64,000 bases of DNA from NCBI GenBank assembly GCA_030390025.1, contig CM059431.1, positions 132,062,001 through 132,126,000 on the forward strand, in the 5' to 3' direction. The stretch's first letter is position 1; every line of letters starts with the position of its first letter. A program made the translations under genes and the position numbers. The notes below the pieces were generated by a model. That model was not told the origin of the DNA, ran no database searches, and worked only from the letters and a program-made list of their open reading frames with translations. Of the stretch, positions 1 through 12,105 are shown piece by piece. Source of the DNA: Squalus acanthias (Eukaryota).

Positions 1-1961
1 TGGCAGATACAAAGGACTAAAAACAGTGGAAGCCCTAAAGGAGTATAGAAAGTGCAGGGGGGTAATTAAAAAAGAAATTAGGAGAACGAAGAGAGGGCAT
101 GAAAAAATACTGGTGGGCAAAATAAAGGAAAATCCCAAGCTGTTTTATAAGTATATTAAGGGCAAGAGGATAACCAGGGAAAGAGTAGGGCCCATTTGGG
201 ACCAAAGTGGCAATCTGTGTGTAGAGCCGGAAGATGTAAGTGAGGTTTTAAATGAATATTTTGCATCTGTGTTCACTATGGAGAAGGGTGATGTAGGCAT
301 AGAAATCAGGCAGGGGGATTGTGATATACTTGAACAAATTAGTATTGAGAGGGAGGAGGTACTAGCGGTTTTAGCGGGCTTAAAAGTGGATAAATCCCCA
401 GGCCCTGACGGGGTGTAACCCAGGCTGCTGTGTGAGGCAAGGGAGGAGATTGCAGGGGCTCTGACACAAATTTTCAGAACCTCTCTGGCCACAGGGGAGG
501 TGCCAGAGGACTGGAGAACAACTAACGTAGTACCATTGTTCAAGAAGGGTAGTAGGGATAAACCAGGGAATTACAGGCCAGTGAGCCTAACATCAGTGCT
601 AGGGAAATTATTGGAAAAAATTCTGAGGGACAGAATTAGTCTCCACTTGGAGAGGCAGGGATTAATTAGGGATAGTCAGCATGGCTTTATCAGGGGGAGA
701 TCATGTCTGACCAATTTGATTGAATTTTTCGAGGGGGTGACTAGGTGTGTGGATGAGGGTAGTGCAGTTGATGTAGTCTACATGGACTTCAGTAAGGCTT
801 TTGACAAAGTCCCACATGGGAGACTGGTCAAGAAGTTAAGAGCCCATGGGATCCAGGGCAATTTGGCACATTGGATCCAAAATTGGCTTAGTGGCAGGAG
901 GCAGAGGGTGATGGTCGAAGGTTGTTTTTGTGACTGGAAGCCTGTGTCCAGTGGTGTACCGCAGGGATCGGTGCTGGGTCCTTTGCTGTTTGTAGTGTAC
1001 ATTAATGATTTAGATATGAATGTAGGAGGTATGATCAGTAAGTTCGCAGATGACAAAGTTGGTGGAGTGGTAAATAGCGAGGAGGGAAGCCTCAGGCTAC
1101 AGGACGATATAGACGGAATGGTTAGATGGGCAGAACAGTGGCAAATGGAATTTAACCCTGAAAAGTGTGAGGTGATGCATTTTGGGAGGACAAACAAGGC
1201 AAGGGAATACACAATGAATGGTAGGATCCTAGGAAGGACAGAGGATCAGAGGGACCTTGGTGTGCATGTACATAGATCCCTGAAGGCAGCAGGACAGGTA
1301 GATAAGGTGGTTAAAAAGGCATATGGGATACTTGCCTTCATTAGCCGAGGCATAGAATATAAGAGCAGGGAGGTTATGATGGAGCTGTACAAAACGTTAG
1401 TTAGGCCACAGCTGGAATACTGTGTGCAGTTCTGGTCACCACACTATAGGAGGGATGTGATTGCATTGGAGAGGGTGCAGAGGAGATTCACCAGGATGTT
1501 ACCTGGGCTGGAGCGCTTCAGCTATGAAGAGAGATTGGACAAGCTGGGGTTGTTTTCCTTAGAGCAGAGAAGGTTGAGGGGGGACCTGATTGAGGTGTAC
1601 AAAATTATGAGCAGCATAGATAGGGTAGATAGAAAGGAACTTTTCCCCTTAGTAGAGTGGTCAATAACCAGGGGGCATAGTTTCAAGGTAAGGGGCAGGA
1701 GGTTTAGAGGGGATTTGACGAAAAACTTTTTCATCCAGAGGGTGGTTGGAATCTGGAACTCACTGCCTGAAAGGGTGGAAGAGGCAGCAACCCTCACAAC
1801 ATTCAAGAAGCATTTAGATGAGCACTTGAAACGCCATAGCATACAAGGCTACGGACCAAGTGCTGGAAAATGGGATTAGAATAGACGGGGCTTGATGGCC
1901 GGCGCGGACACGATGGGCCGAAGGGCCTCTTTCTGTGCTGTATAACTCTATGACTCTATGA
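1..1961 (+). mobile_element. CR1 LINE, 3' part of ORF2 (reverse transcriptase) and 3' UTR/tail; disabled copy, 5' part outside the window
   Basis: ORFs 26-418 and 500-1879 carry CR1 motifs [45 protein letters not shown] and LEQRRLRGDLI. Premature stop at 416-418. Ends in (CTATGA)n-type tail. Confidence 0.95.
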
Positions 1962-1984
1962 AACTGTGGTTCATCCAAACCTGG

Positions 1985-2135
1985 CTGTCAAACACCAGTC
2001 TGACAGGACAGAGACAGCAGACAGGTTGAGAGAGGCGGTGTACAGGTAGTGCTGGGTCGCATTAGCATACACGTGGAAGCTGACCCCATGCCTGCTAATG
2101 ATGTTGCCAAGGGGCAATGTGTAGATGTGGAACAT
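1985..2135 (-). mobile_element. Degenerate L2-type LINE RT fragment
   Basis: Reverse strand reads approximately IYTLPLGNIISRHGVSFHVYANATQHY, matching the L2 motif YxLPLGxII...FHxYADDTQLY. Confidence 0.65.
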
Positions 2136-2744
2136 CTATCTTTGGGTACCAAAATGGTAAAATGTTCCATTCCCCATTGCTAACAACCATTACTATGATG
2201 ATCAGAAAAAATCACCTCTGCTTCCACCACTGCAGCCTCCCCGCCCCAACCACCTTTCCACCCCACCACAAAAATAGTGAAAATAATATAAGGATGCATA
2301 ATAAAAGGCAGAGGCTGGGTTGAGAAATATCTGCTGTTGCTTTGACACTTTCAATGCTTAACCTAATACTTAAAATTTATCTAACTGTTGCATCACTAAA
2401 TGAATAATTAAATGAATAAAACATTGGCTTAGGTTTTCAAACTGCCTCAAAATCCTTTTACTCTGTGAAGAAGTGTGCTGAATGGAAGAGTCTTGGACAG
2501 TTTAAACAGCAGTGAATTTAATTAACCCGTTATCTCATCTGTCAAAGGATTACATCTACATTCTGAGTGCAGAGATGGGTCGACATTCTTGCTTCCTTTG
2601 TTTCCATTCAATTTAGTGGACTGCTGTGACTTGATTGTAATGCAGCACCATAGCTGGAACCTGGCTTTCCCTCCATCGTTGAAACCCTCAATGAACCACA
2701 TTTGGTTGATTATTCTATTAATTCCACAAAATGTTAGTTACGTG

Positions 2745-3570
2745 AGCCGGAATTTTGCCGGTCCTCAGAGTGCGGGATTGGAGGCGGGACCGCTGTCAAA
2801 ATGGCAAAGATTGACAGCGGTAGGAAATCTGCTGTCAACCCGCCTCCAAATCAATCTTTCCAAGTGTCGGGTCCCCGATTTGCGCATGGACCCGACACCT
2901 AGCGGTGGGAAGAGGATTAAAGCCACTTACCTGGCTGTTAACAGGTACTTAATACATGTTAACAGACTCTTTTTGAATTTTGCCGCTTCTGCCTCAGGTT
3001 CCCCGATGTCCGGACACCACGCCAGGTAAGTGTGGCGTGTTGCGAGTCTATAATGCATTGATGACAGCTGCAGAAGTGGTGTAAATGTTGGGAAAATCAT
3101 TTTTAATGCATTTACACTTTTCTGGAGGTAAGAAGTTTTGAATTGGCTGTCTAGTCCCTCCTCATTGGGAGACCCTCTCTCACCAGTGACAGATCGCTTC
3201 TGTAACCTCACCTGCAGCTGCCATCTGTTCCAGCCTAAGGAGGGAGTCATTGGAGAGTCTGGGTGCAAGAGCTCACCTGTGAACAGTCATTGTCAGTGTT
3301 TGCAGCACCTCAATGCTGTCAAACACTGAGAAATGAGCTGTCAAATAAAAATTGTGTGTGGTTTCTTTAACAAAACCAGCAGATGACGCGTCATCAAATG
3401 ACGTCATTTGACCGGCTTCTTCTTAATTGGCCGGCAAGCCCGCAGGGCGGGCTGAACAAGGCCAATCGATGTAAAATCATGTCCGTGGGCCGGATGCAGT
3501 TGGGGCGGAACTGGAACCCGGAAACCAGCTGACCCGCTCCCAAGCCGCATCCATTTGCAAAATCGCGGCC
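2745..3570. mobile_element. Non-autonomous Harbinger-type element (MITE), same family as 54423-56205 in opposite orientation
   Basis: Imperfect TIRs (A/G)GCCG(G/C)(A/G)ATTTTGC. Left end matches the reverse complement of ~56120-56205, and 3380-3480 matches the reverse complement of ~54525-54620. No clear TSD. Confidence 0.75.
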
Positions 3571-4043
3571 ATTGTATTCCTGCCCTTCTCCCCGCCGCCA
3601 CCCCCAGTGCTACAAAAGGATAATCTTATTTTTCTCAGTTCAGTTTTATAGATGCATCTGAAATAATGTCTAATGCTCAGCTGAATAGAATACTTAGGCC
3701 AAACTGTAGCATTTTGGAGTCACAATCGATCCAATCACTTGTGGCAGTGCTGATCGATGTTTTTTCACTACACGGGTGTCCTTTTTGACCCCTGATGTAG
3801 CATATGCATTGTATAGTAATGTAACCATGTATAGCATGGCTTGGGCACACATCGAGAAAGCTTAATTCAGAATGCCTTGCTCTCTCTTATTGACAGAATA
3901 TGGCAGTTGTCATCATTGCCTGTTGTACTGAGGCTCCTTCCCGGGACATCCATTTCAAAAATGCATCATCGAAACATTCACACCATAGCAGGTTCTATAT
4001 AGAATGCAGTGTGCATTGTTTACATGTGATTTTTCTGTAAGTA

Positions 4044-4508
4044 GTGATAGTCCAGGACAAAGCAGCCCATTTGATTGACACCCCATCCACCACCTTAAAC
4101 ATTCACTCCCTCCACCACCCCCAGTACTACAAAAGGATGATCGTATGTTCGTATGCTGCAGTGTGTACCATCTACAAGATGCACTGCAGCAACTCGCCAA
4201 GGCTTCTTCAACAGCACCTCCCAAACCTCTACCGTCTAGAAGTACAAGGGCCGCAGGCGCATGGGAACGCCACCACCTGCAAGTTCCCCTCCAAGTCACA
4301 CACCATCCTGACTTGGAAACATATTGTCGTTCCTTCATCATCGCTGGGTCAAAATCCTGGAACTCCCTACCTGTGGGAGTACCTTCATTCATAGACTGCA
4401 GCAGTTCAAGAAAGCAGCTCACCACCACCTTCTCAAAGGCAACTAGGGATGAGCAATAAATGCTGGCCTTGCCAGTGACGCCCACATCCTGTGAATGAAT
4501 AATTAAAA
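4044..4508 (+). mobile_element. 3' fragment of a second LINE family (CR1/jockey group, 'family B')
   Basis: Encodes QDKAAHLIDTPSTTLNIHSLHH...CTIYKMHC, then GCAATAAATGCTGGCCTTGCC and an A-rich tail. Homologous to 31005-32670 and 48425-49177. Confidence 0.85.
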
Positions 4509-5284
4509 GAGCTATATCTAGATTTTCCAATTGGTATTATTTTAATGTTGGCACTAAGCTACCATTAAAATAAATGGAAAACCTAGGCTTATACAAGCAA
4601 GTGGTGAGACATGGGTCTATGCCTGTAGTTCCCTACATGGTGAGTTCCTTCTCTCAGCCACACTATCATGGAAAGGTGCAAAGTGAGACCAGATACTTCC
4701 CCATAAATGGAAGAATAAAATAAGATGGTCTGTTACCCAAGCTGCTCTTGCACATCTCCTTAAGGGTTGTCTAACTTCTTGGCAAAAGGCAGCTGGGGCA
4801 ATAGCAGAGGCTTTATAATTGGCCTCAGGTGGAGTTGTGCTTGTGTGGACATTTGGTGAGAACATAATTTAGCTTGCCGTCAAATAGACTAACAACAGTC
4901 ACTGTCAAGACTCACACCTGAATAGTGGCCACCTGTATGAGGTATTACAGGGTATTCATGTGCCTGCGGAATTGTAGTCCAGCAAAGAGTGCACGTCAAG
5001 AACATTTAAAGGGAGGCCCGATCTCTTTCATCTCCGAGGCCCGATTTCCACCCTTCCCCTGGCTTCTGATTCCTCCCCGGCCTCCGTTTCTCCTCGGCCT
5101 TCAATTACGTGAGGGCTGCTGCGACAGGAGCAGCAGTCAAATCGTGGTTCACTCTTCACTGGGGGGCTCTTCCTGCCACACCAGGTTGATGTTAATGAGG
5201 CCCGAGGCCCAATATCGGGGTTCCTTGGACCTCACCAATCAGGCGCAGTCATCGTACCCAATCCAAAAATTGGATGCGTCCATT

Positions 5285-5820
5285 CAGATTGGAGGAAGGT
5301 AGAAAGTGGTGTTCCACAAGGATCAGTGCTGGGACCACTGTTATTCATAATTTACATTAATGATTTGGACTTAGTAACTCAATATCAAAATTGGGGGGTG
5401 ACGTAAGAAAACTACTAGGCACTTGGTCTCAGCATTAAACAAAGCTTTAATCAACTGTTTTTCAACATGGAGATCTAGTTGTGTCCTTCACTAGTTCCTG
5501 TTGAGGAATGTCCTAAGCAAGCTGGGCCCATGCCCGAGTATTTATACTCTCCCTGGACAGCGCCACCAGCAGGCTGCCCAGTATTACTTCATACATGAAT
5601 GACAAGATTCATGTCAGGGGGTATAGCTAACACTGAGGAAGAATGCAACATAATACAAGAAGACATTAGAAAATTTGCAGACTGGTCAGTTAAGTGGCAA
5701 ATGAACTTTAACATGTGAGGTGATGCACTTTGGTAGGAAAAATAGAAACATCACCTACACCTTAGAAAATAAAGAACAGAATGGGTTTGAAGAGCAAAGG
5801 GATCTAGGAATACAGGTGAA
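5285..5820 (+). mobile_element. Old CR1 RT fragment interrupted by a solo LTR
   Basis: [22 protein letters not shown] and CEVMHFG-like remnants on either side of the insertion. Confidence 0.8.
5399..5616 (-). mobile_element. Solo LTR (218 bp), probably Gypsy-type
   Basis: TG...CA ends with short inverted termini (TGACGTAA / TTCATGTCA) and a 5-bp GGGGG TSD. The minus strand has TATAAATA followed by ATTAAA. Removing it restores the CR1 frame KLGGIANTEE. Confidence 0.8.
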
Positions 5821-6499
5821 CAAATCATAGGAACATAGGAACAGGAGGCATTCAGCCCCTCGAGCCTGCTCCACCATTCAGTGAGATCATGCCTGACCTG
5901 CGACCTAACTCCGTATACCCACCTATGGCCCATATCCTTTAATACCTCTGGTTAACAGAAAGCTATCAATCTCTGATTTAAAATTAACAATTGATCTAGC
6001 ATCAATTGCCGTTTGCGGAAGTGAGTTCCAAACTTGTGTGTAGAAGCATTTCCTAATTTCACTCCTGAAAAGTCTGGCTTTAATTTTTAGACTATGCCCC
6101 CTAGTCCTCGACTCCCCAACCTGCGGAAATAGGTTCTCTCTACCCTGCCTGTTCCCCTTAATATCTTGAAATCTTCGATCAGACCACCCCTTAACCTTCT
6201 AAATTCTAGGGAATACAACCCTAATTTGTGTAATCTCACCGCGTAACTTAATCCTTGAAGTCCGGGTATCATACTGGTAAACCTACGCTGGACTTCCTCT
6301 AAGGCCAATATATCCTTCCTAAGGTGTGGTGCCCAGAACTGTTCACAGTACTCCAGGTATGGTCTAACCAGGGTTTTGTATAGCTGCAGCATAACTTCTA
6401 CCCCCTTGTATTCTAGTCCTCTAGATATAAAGGCCAGCATTCCATTGTCCTTTTTGATTATTTTCTGTACCTGTTCATGACATTTTAATGATCTATGTA

Positions 6500-6864
6500 C
6501 AGGAAACTCTTTATTAACTGGCACCGACGGGACCGGCGTGGTGCCGGTTTATCAAAAAGTCCGGATAACGGAGAGTTATATCTACCAACGTACGAGAGCC
6601 CCGTACACATTGACATGCGCCTGCATTCGGAGCTCCGTCTCCCCGGGGACCGCCAGCTGACCATCTGTCGTGTCCGCTGCCTACCCGGGCTGCACATTCC
6701 CCTCCCAATCTACACGCTCTGATACAAGGCAAACGCCTCGGGGTTTTTTTTTAAAGTTAATCTTAAACGAGAGATGAAGGAAAACCCCGGTTACCTACTG
6801 CAGAATTTTGCCAGTTAAGAGAGATTTCCGGATATTTGGGTGCCGGTTAATAAAGAGTTTCCTG
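6500..6864. mobile_element. Tc1/mariner-superfamily (pogo/Tigger-like) MITE, 365 bp
   Basis: TIR of about 26 bp, CAGGAAACTCTTTATTAAC(T/C)GGCACC, at both ends. TA TSD at 6498-6499 and 6865-6866. Excision restores the CR1 peptide RDLVVQVHRS. Confidence 0.9.
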
Positions 6865-7419
6865 TACCTGGACCACCAAGTCTCTTTGGACCTCCACTGT
6901 TTTTAACCTTTCACCATTTAGAAGGTACCTTGTTCTATCCTTTTTAGGTCCAAAGTGGATGACCTCACATTTGCCTACATTGAAAACCATTTGCCACAGT
7001 TTTGCCCATTCACTTAATCTGTTGATATCCCTTTGTAATTTTATGCTTCCATCTACACTGCCTGCAATTTCACCTATCTTGGTGTCATCGGCAAATTTGG
7101 ATATATGACTTTCTATGCCATCATCTAAGTTGTTAATAAATACTGTGAATAGTTGAGGCCCCAACACAGATCCTACGGGACACCACTCATCACCTCCTGC
7201 CAATTTGAGTACCTACCCATTGCCCTACTCTCTGTCTCCTGCCGCTCAGCCAATTTCCAAACCAGATCAATAATTTGCCCTCAATTCCGTGGGCTTCTAC
7301 CTTAGTTAACAGTCTCTTATGTGAGACTTTATCAAATGCCTTCTGGGAGTCCATATCAATAACATTTTGCTTCAATTTCCACCCTTCCCTCACCTTCACA
7401 TAGTCCATCTCTGACTCTT

Positions 7420-8371
7420 CCTTTCCCTTCCTCAACTTCTCCGTCTCCATCTCAAGGGATAGGTTATTGACAAACATTCACTACAAGCCCACTGACTCCC
7501 ACAGCTACCTGGACTACACTTCCTCCCACCCCGCTTCCTGTAAGGACTCTATTCCATTCTCCCAGTTTTTCCGTCTCCGCCGCATCTGCTCTGATGATGC
7601 CACCTTCCATACCAGTGCTTCCGACATGTCTTCCTTTTTCCTCAACCGAGGATTTCTCTCTACTGTGGTTGATACGGCCCTTGACCGTGTCTGTTCTATC
7701 TCCCGCACTTCTGCCCTCACCCCTGCCCCTCCCTCCCGGAACCACGATAGAGTTCCCCTTGTCCTCACCTTTCACCCCACCAGCCTCCACATTCAACGGA
7801 TCATCCTCCGCCGTTTCCGCCACCTCCAGCGTGATCCCACCACCAAACACATCTTCCCCTCACCTCCCCTTTCAGCATTCCGAAGGGACCGCTCCCTCCG
7901 CGACACGCTGGTCCACTCCTCTATCACCCCCAACACCCCTTCCCCTTCACCCAGCACCTTCCCGTGCAAGCGCAAGAGATGCAACACATGCCCTTATACC
8001 TCCCCCCTTCCCACTGTCCAGGGCCCAAACACCCCTTCCAGGTGAAACAGCGATTTACTTGTACTTCTTGCAATTTAGTATACTGTATTCGCTGCTCACG
8101 ATGTGGTCTCCTCTACATTGGGGAGACGAAGCGCAGATTGGGTGACCGCTTTGCGGAACACCTCCGTTCAGTCCTTAAGGGGGACCCGGAGCTTCCGGTC
8201 GCCTGTCACTTTAATTCTCCGCTCCACTCCCACTCAGACCTCACCGTCCTCGGCCTCTTGCATTGTTCTACTGAAGCTCAGCGTAAGCTCGAGGAACAGC
8301 ACCTCATCTTTCGATTAGGCACTTTACAGCCTTCTGGACTCAACATAGAGTTCAACAATTTCAGATCATAA
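7420..8371 (+). pseudogene. Penelope RT-thumb / GIY-YIG endonuclease ORF remnant, frameshift near 8030
   Basis: YKPTDSHSYLDYTSSHP...IPFSQFFRLRRICS in frame 7467-8045. NLVYCIRCSRCGLLYIGETKRRLGDRFAEH...HFN...GLN in frame 7964-8371. Confidence 0.9.
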
Positions 8372-8673
8372 CCTCGGCCCCTATCATATATATATTTTTT
8401 ATCCACACTTTTTGTTTGTGTCTTTTTTTCTTCTCTCCCACATGGCAGCTGTCCTTCATTCTGCCAGCGCAATTTACACTTCATCTAGGGCCATCCTTTG
8501 TTTCTTAACCTGTCCCATTACCATCTCCTTTTGCCTTGAATATCTCTTAATGTCTCTTAACCTCTCCTGCCTTCTATCCTATCACAGACCTTCCCTTTTG
8601 TTCTTTCATCCCCTCCCCCCTTTCCCAGCCCCTACACTTGCTTAAAAATCTGTTCCATTTCCTGCTTTTTTCC

Positions 8674-8706
8674 AGTTCTGACGAAAGGTCATCGCCCTGA
8701 AACATT
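8674..8706 (+). ncRNA. Minimal type I hammerhead ribozyme motif of the Penelope pLTR (completed at 9450-9456, split by a MITE)
   Basis: AGTT-CTGACGA-A-AGGTC-ATC-GCCCT-GAAA-C(A)TT-[MITE]-AACT. Core boxes CUGANGA and GAAA, stem II and stem I (AGTT/AACT) are present. Confidence 0.7.
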
Positions 8707-9449
8707 GGCCCAGAAATTTGACTTGGAGGCTTGCCGCGGAGGTAAGGATCACGCGCGATCTTACCTACCGCGCCTGCCGTTGTGTTTCGGGCCCACACGA
8801 ACTTCGTGTCCCAGGCCTGTCCCTGGTGCCGGCGTGCAGTGTGTGCGTGTCCCAGAGGCGCAGTTAGTTCGATGCGACCTCTGGGATCATGTGGGACATG
8901 GAGAGCCAATGGCAGCACACCATCTTTCATTCATAGATTTGACAGGAGAACTGTCAAAACTATGAATACAAATTGCCCCCAAAAGAACAGCTAAACCTCA
9001 AATAAATTTAAAAAAAACCATCACATTAATAAAATAACTATAGTTAAATAAATTAACCACTTTAAACAAAAATTTAAATTTTTGAAAATTTTTAAATTCT
9101 TTTTAAAAGTTATAAAAATAAACTTACCTTTCTTTAAAGTCTGTAAAAATTTTTAAATAATACTTAATTAACTACTTACCTTGTTAAAAGGGGGTCTTAC
9201 GCCTCCTTTTTTCATGTGTAAAATCTTCCATACTTACCTTCGCGTTGAAACCTGAAAAAAAACCTAAGTGCACTGCGTGCGCACAGCCTGTAGTGCGTAC
9301 GCGGTTCACCTAGGAACCGCCCCCTTCGCCATATCGGAAGTGCCGGTTTCCCGCGCATGCGCAGTGCATGCAGGAAACCGGCACTTCAGGACCGAATACG
9401 CGAGAGTACACAGTTCGTACTCTCCCGTATTCAGCCGAATTTTTGGGCC
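8707..9449 (-). mobile_element. Harbinger-type MITE family M1, copy 1
   Basis: TIR GGCCCA(G/A)AAATT, TSD ATT/ATT. Highly similar to the reverse complement of 27500-28264 and 35747-36510. Confidence 0.92.
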
Positions 9450-9871
9450 ATTAACTCGGTTTCTCTCTTCACAGATGCTGCCTGACCTGCTGAGTATCTC
9501 CAGCATCTTCTGTTTTTATTTCAGAGTTCCAGCGTCTACAGTATTTTCTTTTTGTATTCAATAACATAGACATTCCCTTGTCCACTACTTTAGTCACCGC
9601 TTCAAAAAATGCAATCAGGTTTGTCAGGCATGACCTATCTTTCACAAATCCATGCTGGCTCTCTCTGGTCAACTGAAAATTTTTGAGGTGTTCAGTCATC
9701 CTATCCTTAATTATAGACTCTAGTAATTTCCCGACAACAGATGTTAAGCTAACTGGTCTATAATTCCCTGGTTTCCCTCTCTCACCATTCTTAAATAGCG
9801 GAGTGACATGCACAATTTTCCAATCTAAAGGAATGGTTCCTGAATCAAGAGAACTTTGGAAGATTATAGTT

Positions 9872-11050
9872 CCATTCCGACTTTCCTTTTTTTATTTATG
9901 TGCCTATATATTTTACTATTTTGTTTTATGTTCCTTGATAATTTAATTTCATACTTCCTTTTTGCCTTTCTAATTGTTTTTTGACTTCTCTCCTAATCTC
10001 TTCATATTCTCTCTTGTCATGCTCTCCCCTGCTGTCCATGTACTTAGTGTATGTCTCTTTTCTTACCCTCAATTTTTCCCTTATGTCTTTATTCATCCGT
10101 GGTGTCTTATTAGTGTTTAGCTTGTTCTTGTTTTTTAGCGGAATATATTTTCCCCAGACTCTTGAACACCATTTTGAATATTTCCTGCTGCTGTTCTACA
10201 TCATTGTTTGCCAATATTGTTGCCCATTTTATTTTCCCAAGTTCTATTCTCAGCCGGGCAAAATCAGCTTTTCTCCAATCTATTACTCTGGTCTTCATCA
10301 TACTTATGTCCTTCTCAATTATTATCTTAAAGTGTATTATATGATGGTCACAATTGCCTAGATGTTCCCCTGCTTTTACTTCTTTTATCTGCTCTGGTTC
10401 ATTCCCCATTACTAGATCCAATAGCGAATCCTCCCTTGTTGGGCTTCTTACATATTGGGTTAGACAGGAGTGCTGTACACATTGTAGGAACTCTTTATCC
10501 CCTTTACCTACTTCTTCTGGCCAATTAATATCGGGGTAGTTGAAATCCTCCATGATTATTATTTTATGTTTTTTACTAATTTCCTTAATTTGTTTGCATA
10601 TTTCTTCCTCCACCTCCCTTCCACTATTAGGTGGTCTGTAGATTATCCCTATTAGTGTAATTGATCCTTTATTATCTTTTATCTCTATCCACATGAATTC
10701 TATTTTTGTCTTGCTGATAGCTGCGTCACTTTTTTCTACTGCCATTATGTTATCCCTAATAAGTACAGTTACTCCACCTCCACTTTTTTCCCTCTTTATC
10801 TTTTCTAAATATGTTATATCCTGCAATGTTTAATTCCCAGTCCTGATTTTCTGTAGCCATGTCTCAGTAATCCCTACTATTTCTGGTTCCTCACAACGTA
10901 TTATTGCCTCCAGTTCCCCTGTTTTATTACAGATACTGTGTGCATTGCTGTACAGACAGTTTAACTCATTTTTAATAGCAGTTCCTCTCACTTTATTGTT
11001 AACCATCTTTTTACACTCCTGTTCTATAACTTTATTTATTCCCTTGCCAT
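9872..11050 (-). mobile_element. CR1 ORF2 N-terminal AP-endonuclease region, degenerate
   Basis: ORF 10110-10826 carries GGGV, IYRPP, DFNYPDINW, PTR, LDLV and GNCDH endonuclease motifs. Confidence 0.88.
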
Positions 11051-11054
11051 CAAT

Positions 11055-11665
11055 GTGAAGTTATGATAAACCTGTATAGGATCCTGATCAGGCCGCACTT
11101 AGAGTACTGTTCCCTGTTCTGGTCTCCATTGTATAATAAGGACATAGAAGCACTGGAGAAAGTGCAAAGAAGATTTACAAGGATGGTACCAGAACTGAGA
11201 GATCACAGCTTTCGGGAAATATTGAACAGGTTGGAGTTTTTTTCTTTAGAAAAGAGAAGACTTAGGGGTTACCTGATAGAGGTCTTTAAAATTCTGAAAG
11301 GGTTGGACAGTGTAGACTTGAATAGAAAGTTTGCACTTGTGGGAGAATCCAAAACTAGGAGCCATAAATATAAGATAGCTACTAATAAATCCAATAGGGA
11401 AATAAGGAGAAATTTCTTTACTCAGAGTGTGGTTAGAATGTGAAACTTGCTACTACAGGAAGTGGTTGAGGCAAATAGCTTAGATGCTTTCAAAAGGAAA
11501 CTAGATGAGTACATGAGAGAAAAGAGAATAGAAAGACATGCTGAAAGGCTGTGATGAGGCAGATGGTATGGGAGGAGATTCGTGTGGAGTATAAACACCA
11601 GCACAGACTAGTTGGGCCGAATGGCCTGTTTCTGTGTTGTATATTCTATGTACATTCTATGTAAT
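11055..11665 (+). mobile_element. CR1 3' fragment with tail
   Basis: LYRILIRPHLEYC...LEKRRLRG...FFTQSVV, then GGGCCGAATGGCCT and a TTCTATG tail. Confidence 0.9.
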
Positions 11666-11684
11666 TTCAAACATCCGAATTTGT

Positions 11685-12105
11685 GGGTGTGATTTTAAAA
11701 TTCTCATCCTTGTTTCAAATCCTTCCATGGTCTCGCCCCTTCCTATCTCTGTAACCTCCTCCTGCCCTCCAACCCTCCTGAGATCTCTGCGCTTCTTCAA
11801 TATTGGCCTCTTGCGCATCCCCGATTTTCTTAACTCCCCATTGGCGGCCGTGCATTCTCTGGAATTCCCTCCCTAAAACTCTCCGCCTCTCTATCTCTCT
11901 CTCATCCTTTCATACAGACCTTAAAACCAACCTGTCCTAATATCTCCTTACGTGGCTCGGTGTCAAATTCTGTTTGATAACATAGAAACATAGAAGATAG
12001 GAGCAGGAGTAGGCCATTCGGCCCCTCGAGCCTGCGCTCATGTGAAGCGCTTTGAGACATTTTCTAACGTTAAAGGCACGATATAAATGCAGGTTATTGT
12101 TGTCT
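11685..12105 (+). mobile_element. L2-type LINE 3' end containing a short inverted CR1 tail (~11981-12034)
   Basis: DFKILILV...HGLAP remnant and L2-like terminus GTGAAGCGCTTTGAGACA...TATAAATGCAGGTTATTGTTG. The inserted piece reads CATAGAAACATAGAA...GGCCATTCGGCCC. Confidence 0.7.

Larger units (their letters stand above)
7366..9557 (+). mobile_element. Penelope-like element, 5' truncated, with 3' pLTR
   Basis: RT C-terminus plus GIY-YIG ORF. TSD TCAATAACAT at 7356-7365 and 9558-9567. The 3' repeat (…GATGCTGCCTGACCTGCTGAGTA…) carries a hammerhead core. Confidence 0.9.
5825..9870 (-). mobile_element. CR1 LINE (RT and 3' end) split by a Tigger-like MITE and a Penelope element
   Basis: Tail (reverse complement of CATAGGAA repeats) at ~5825. 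Minus-strand ORFs 6087-6524, 6847-7203 and 9469-9813 carry RT motifs and are colinear once the insertions are removed. Confidence 0.92.

Noticed and set aside
145..1842. Antisense ORFs over CR1 copies (also 24037-24555, 50242-50937, 52951-53289)
   Set aside because: They are shadow frames of LINE coding sequence with no independent motifs.
4617..5302. Short ORFs 4617-4865 and 4925-5302
   Set aside because: No recognisable domain or splice support. The second overlaps a degenerate GC-rich repeat-like segment.
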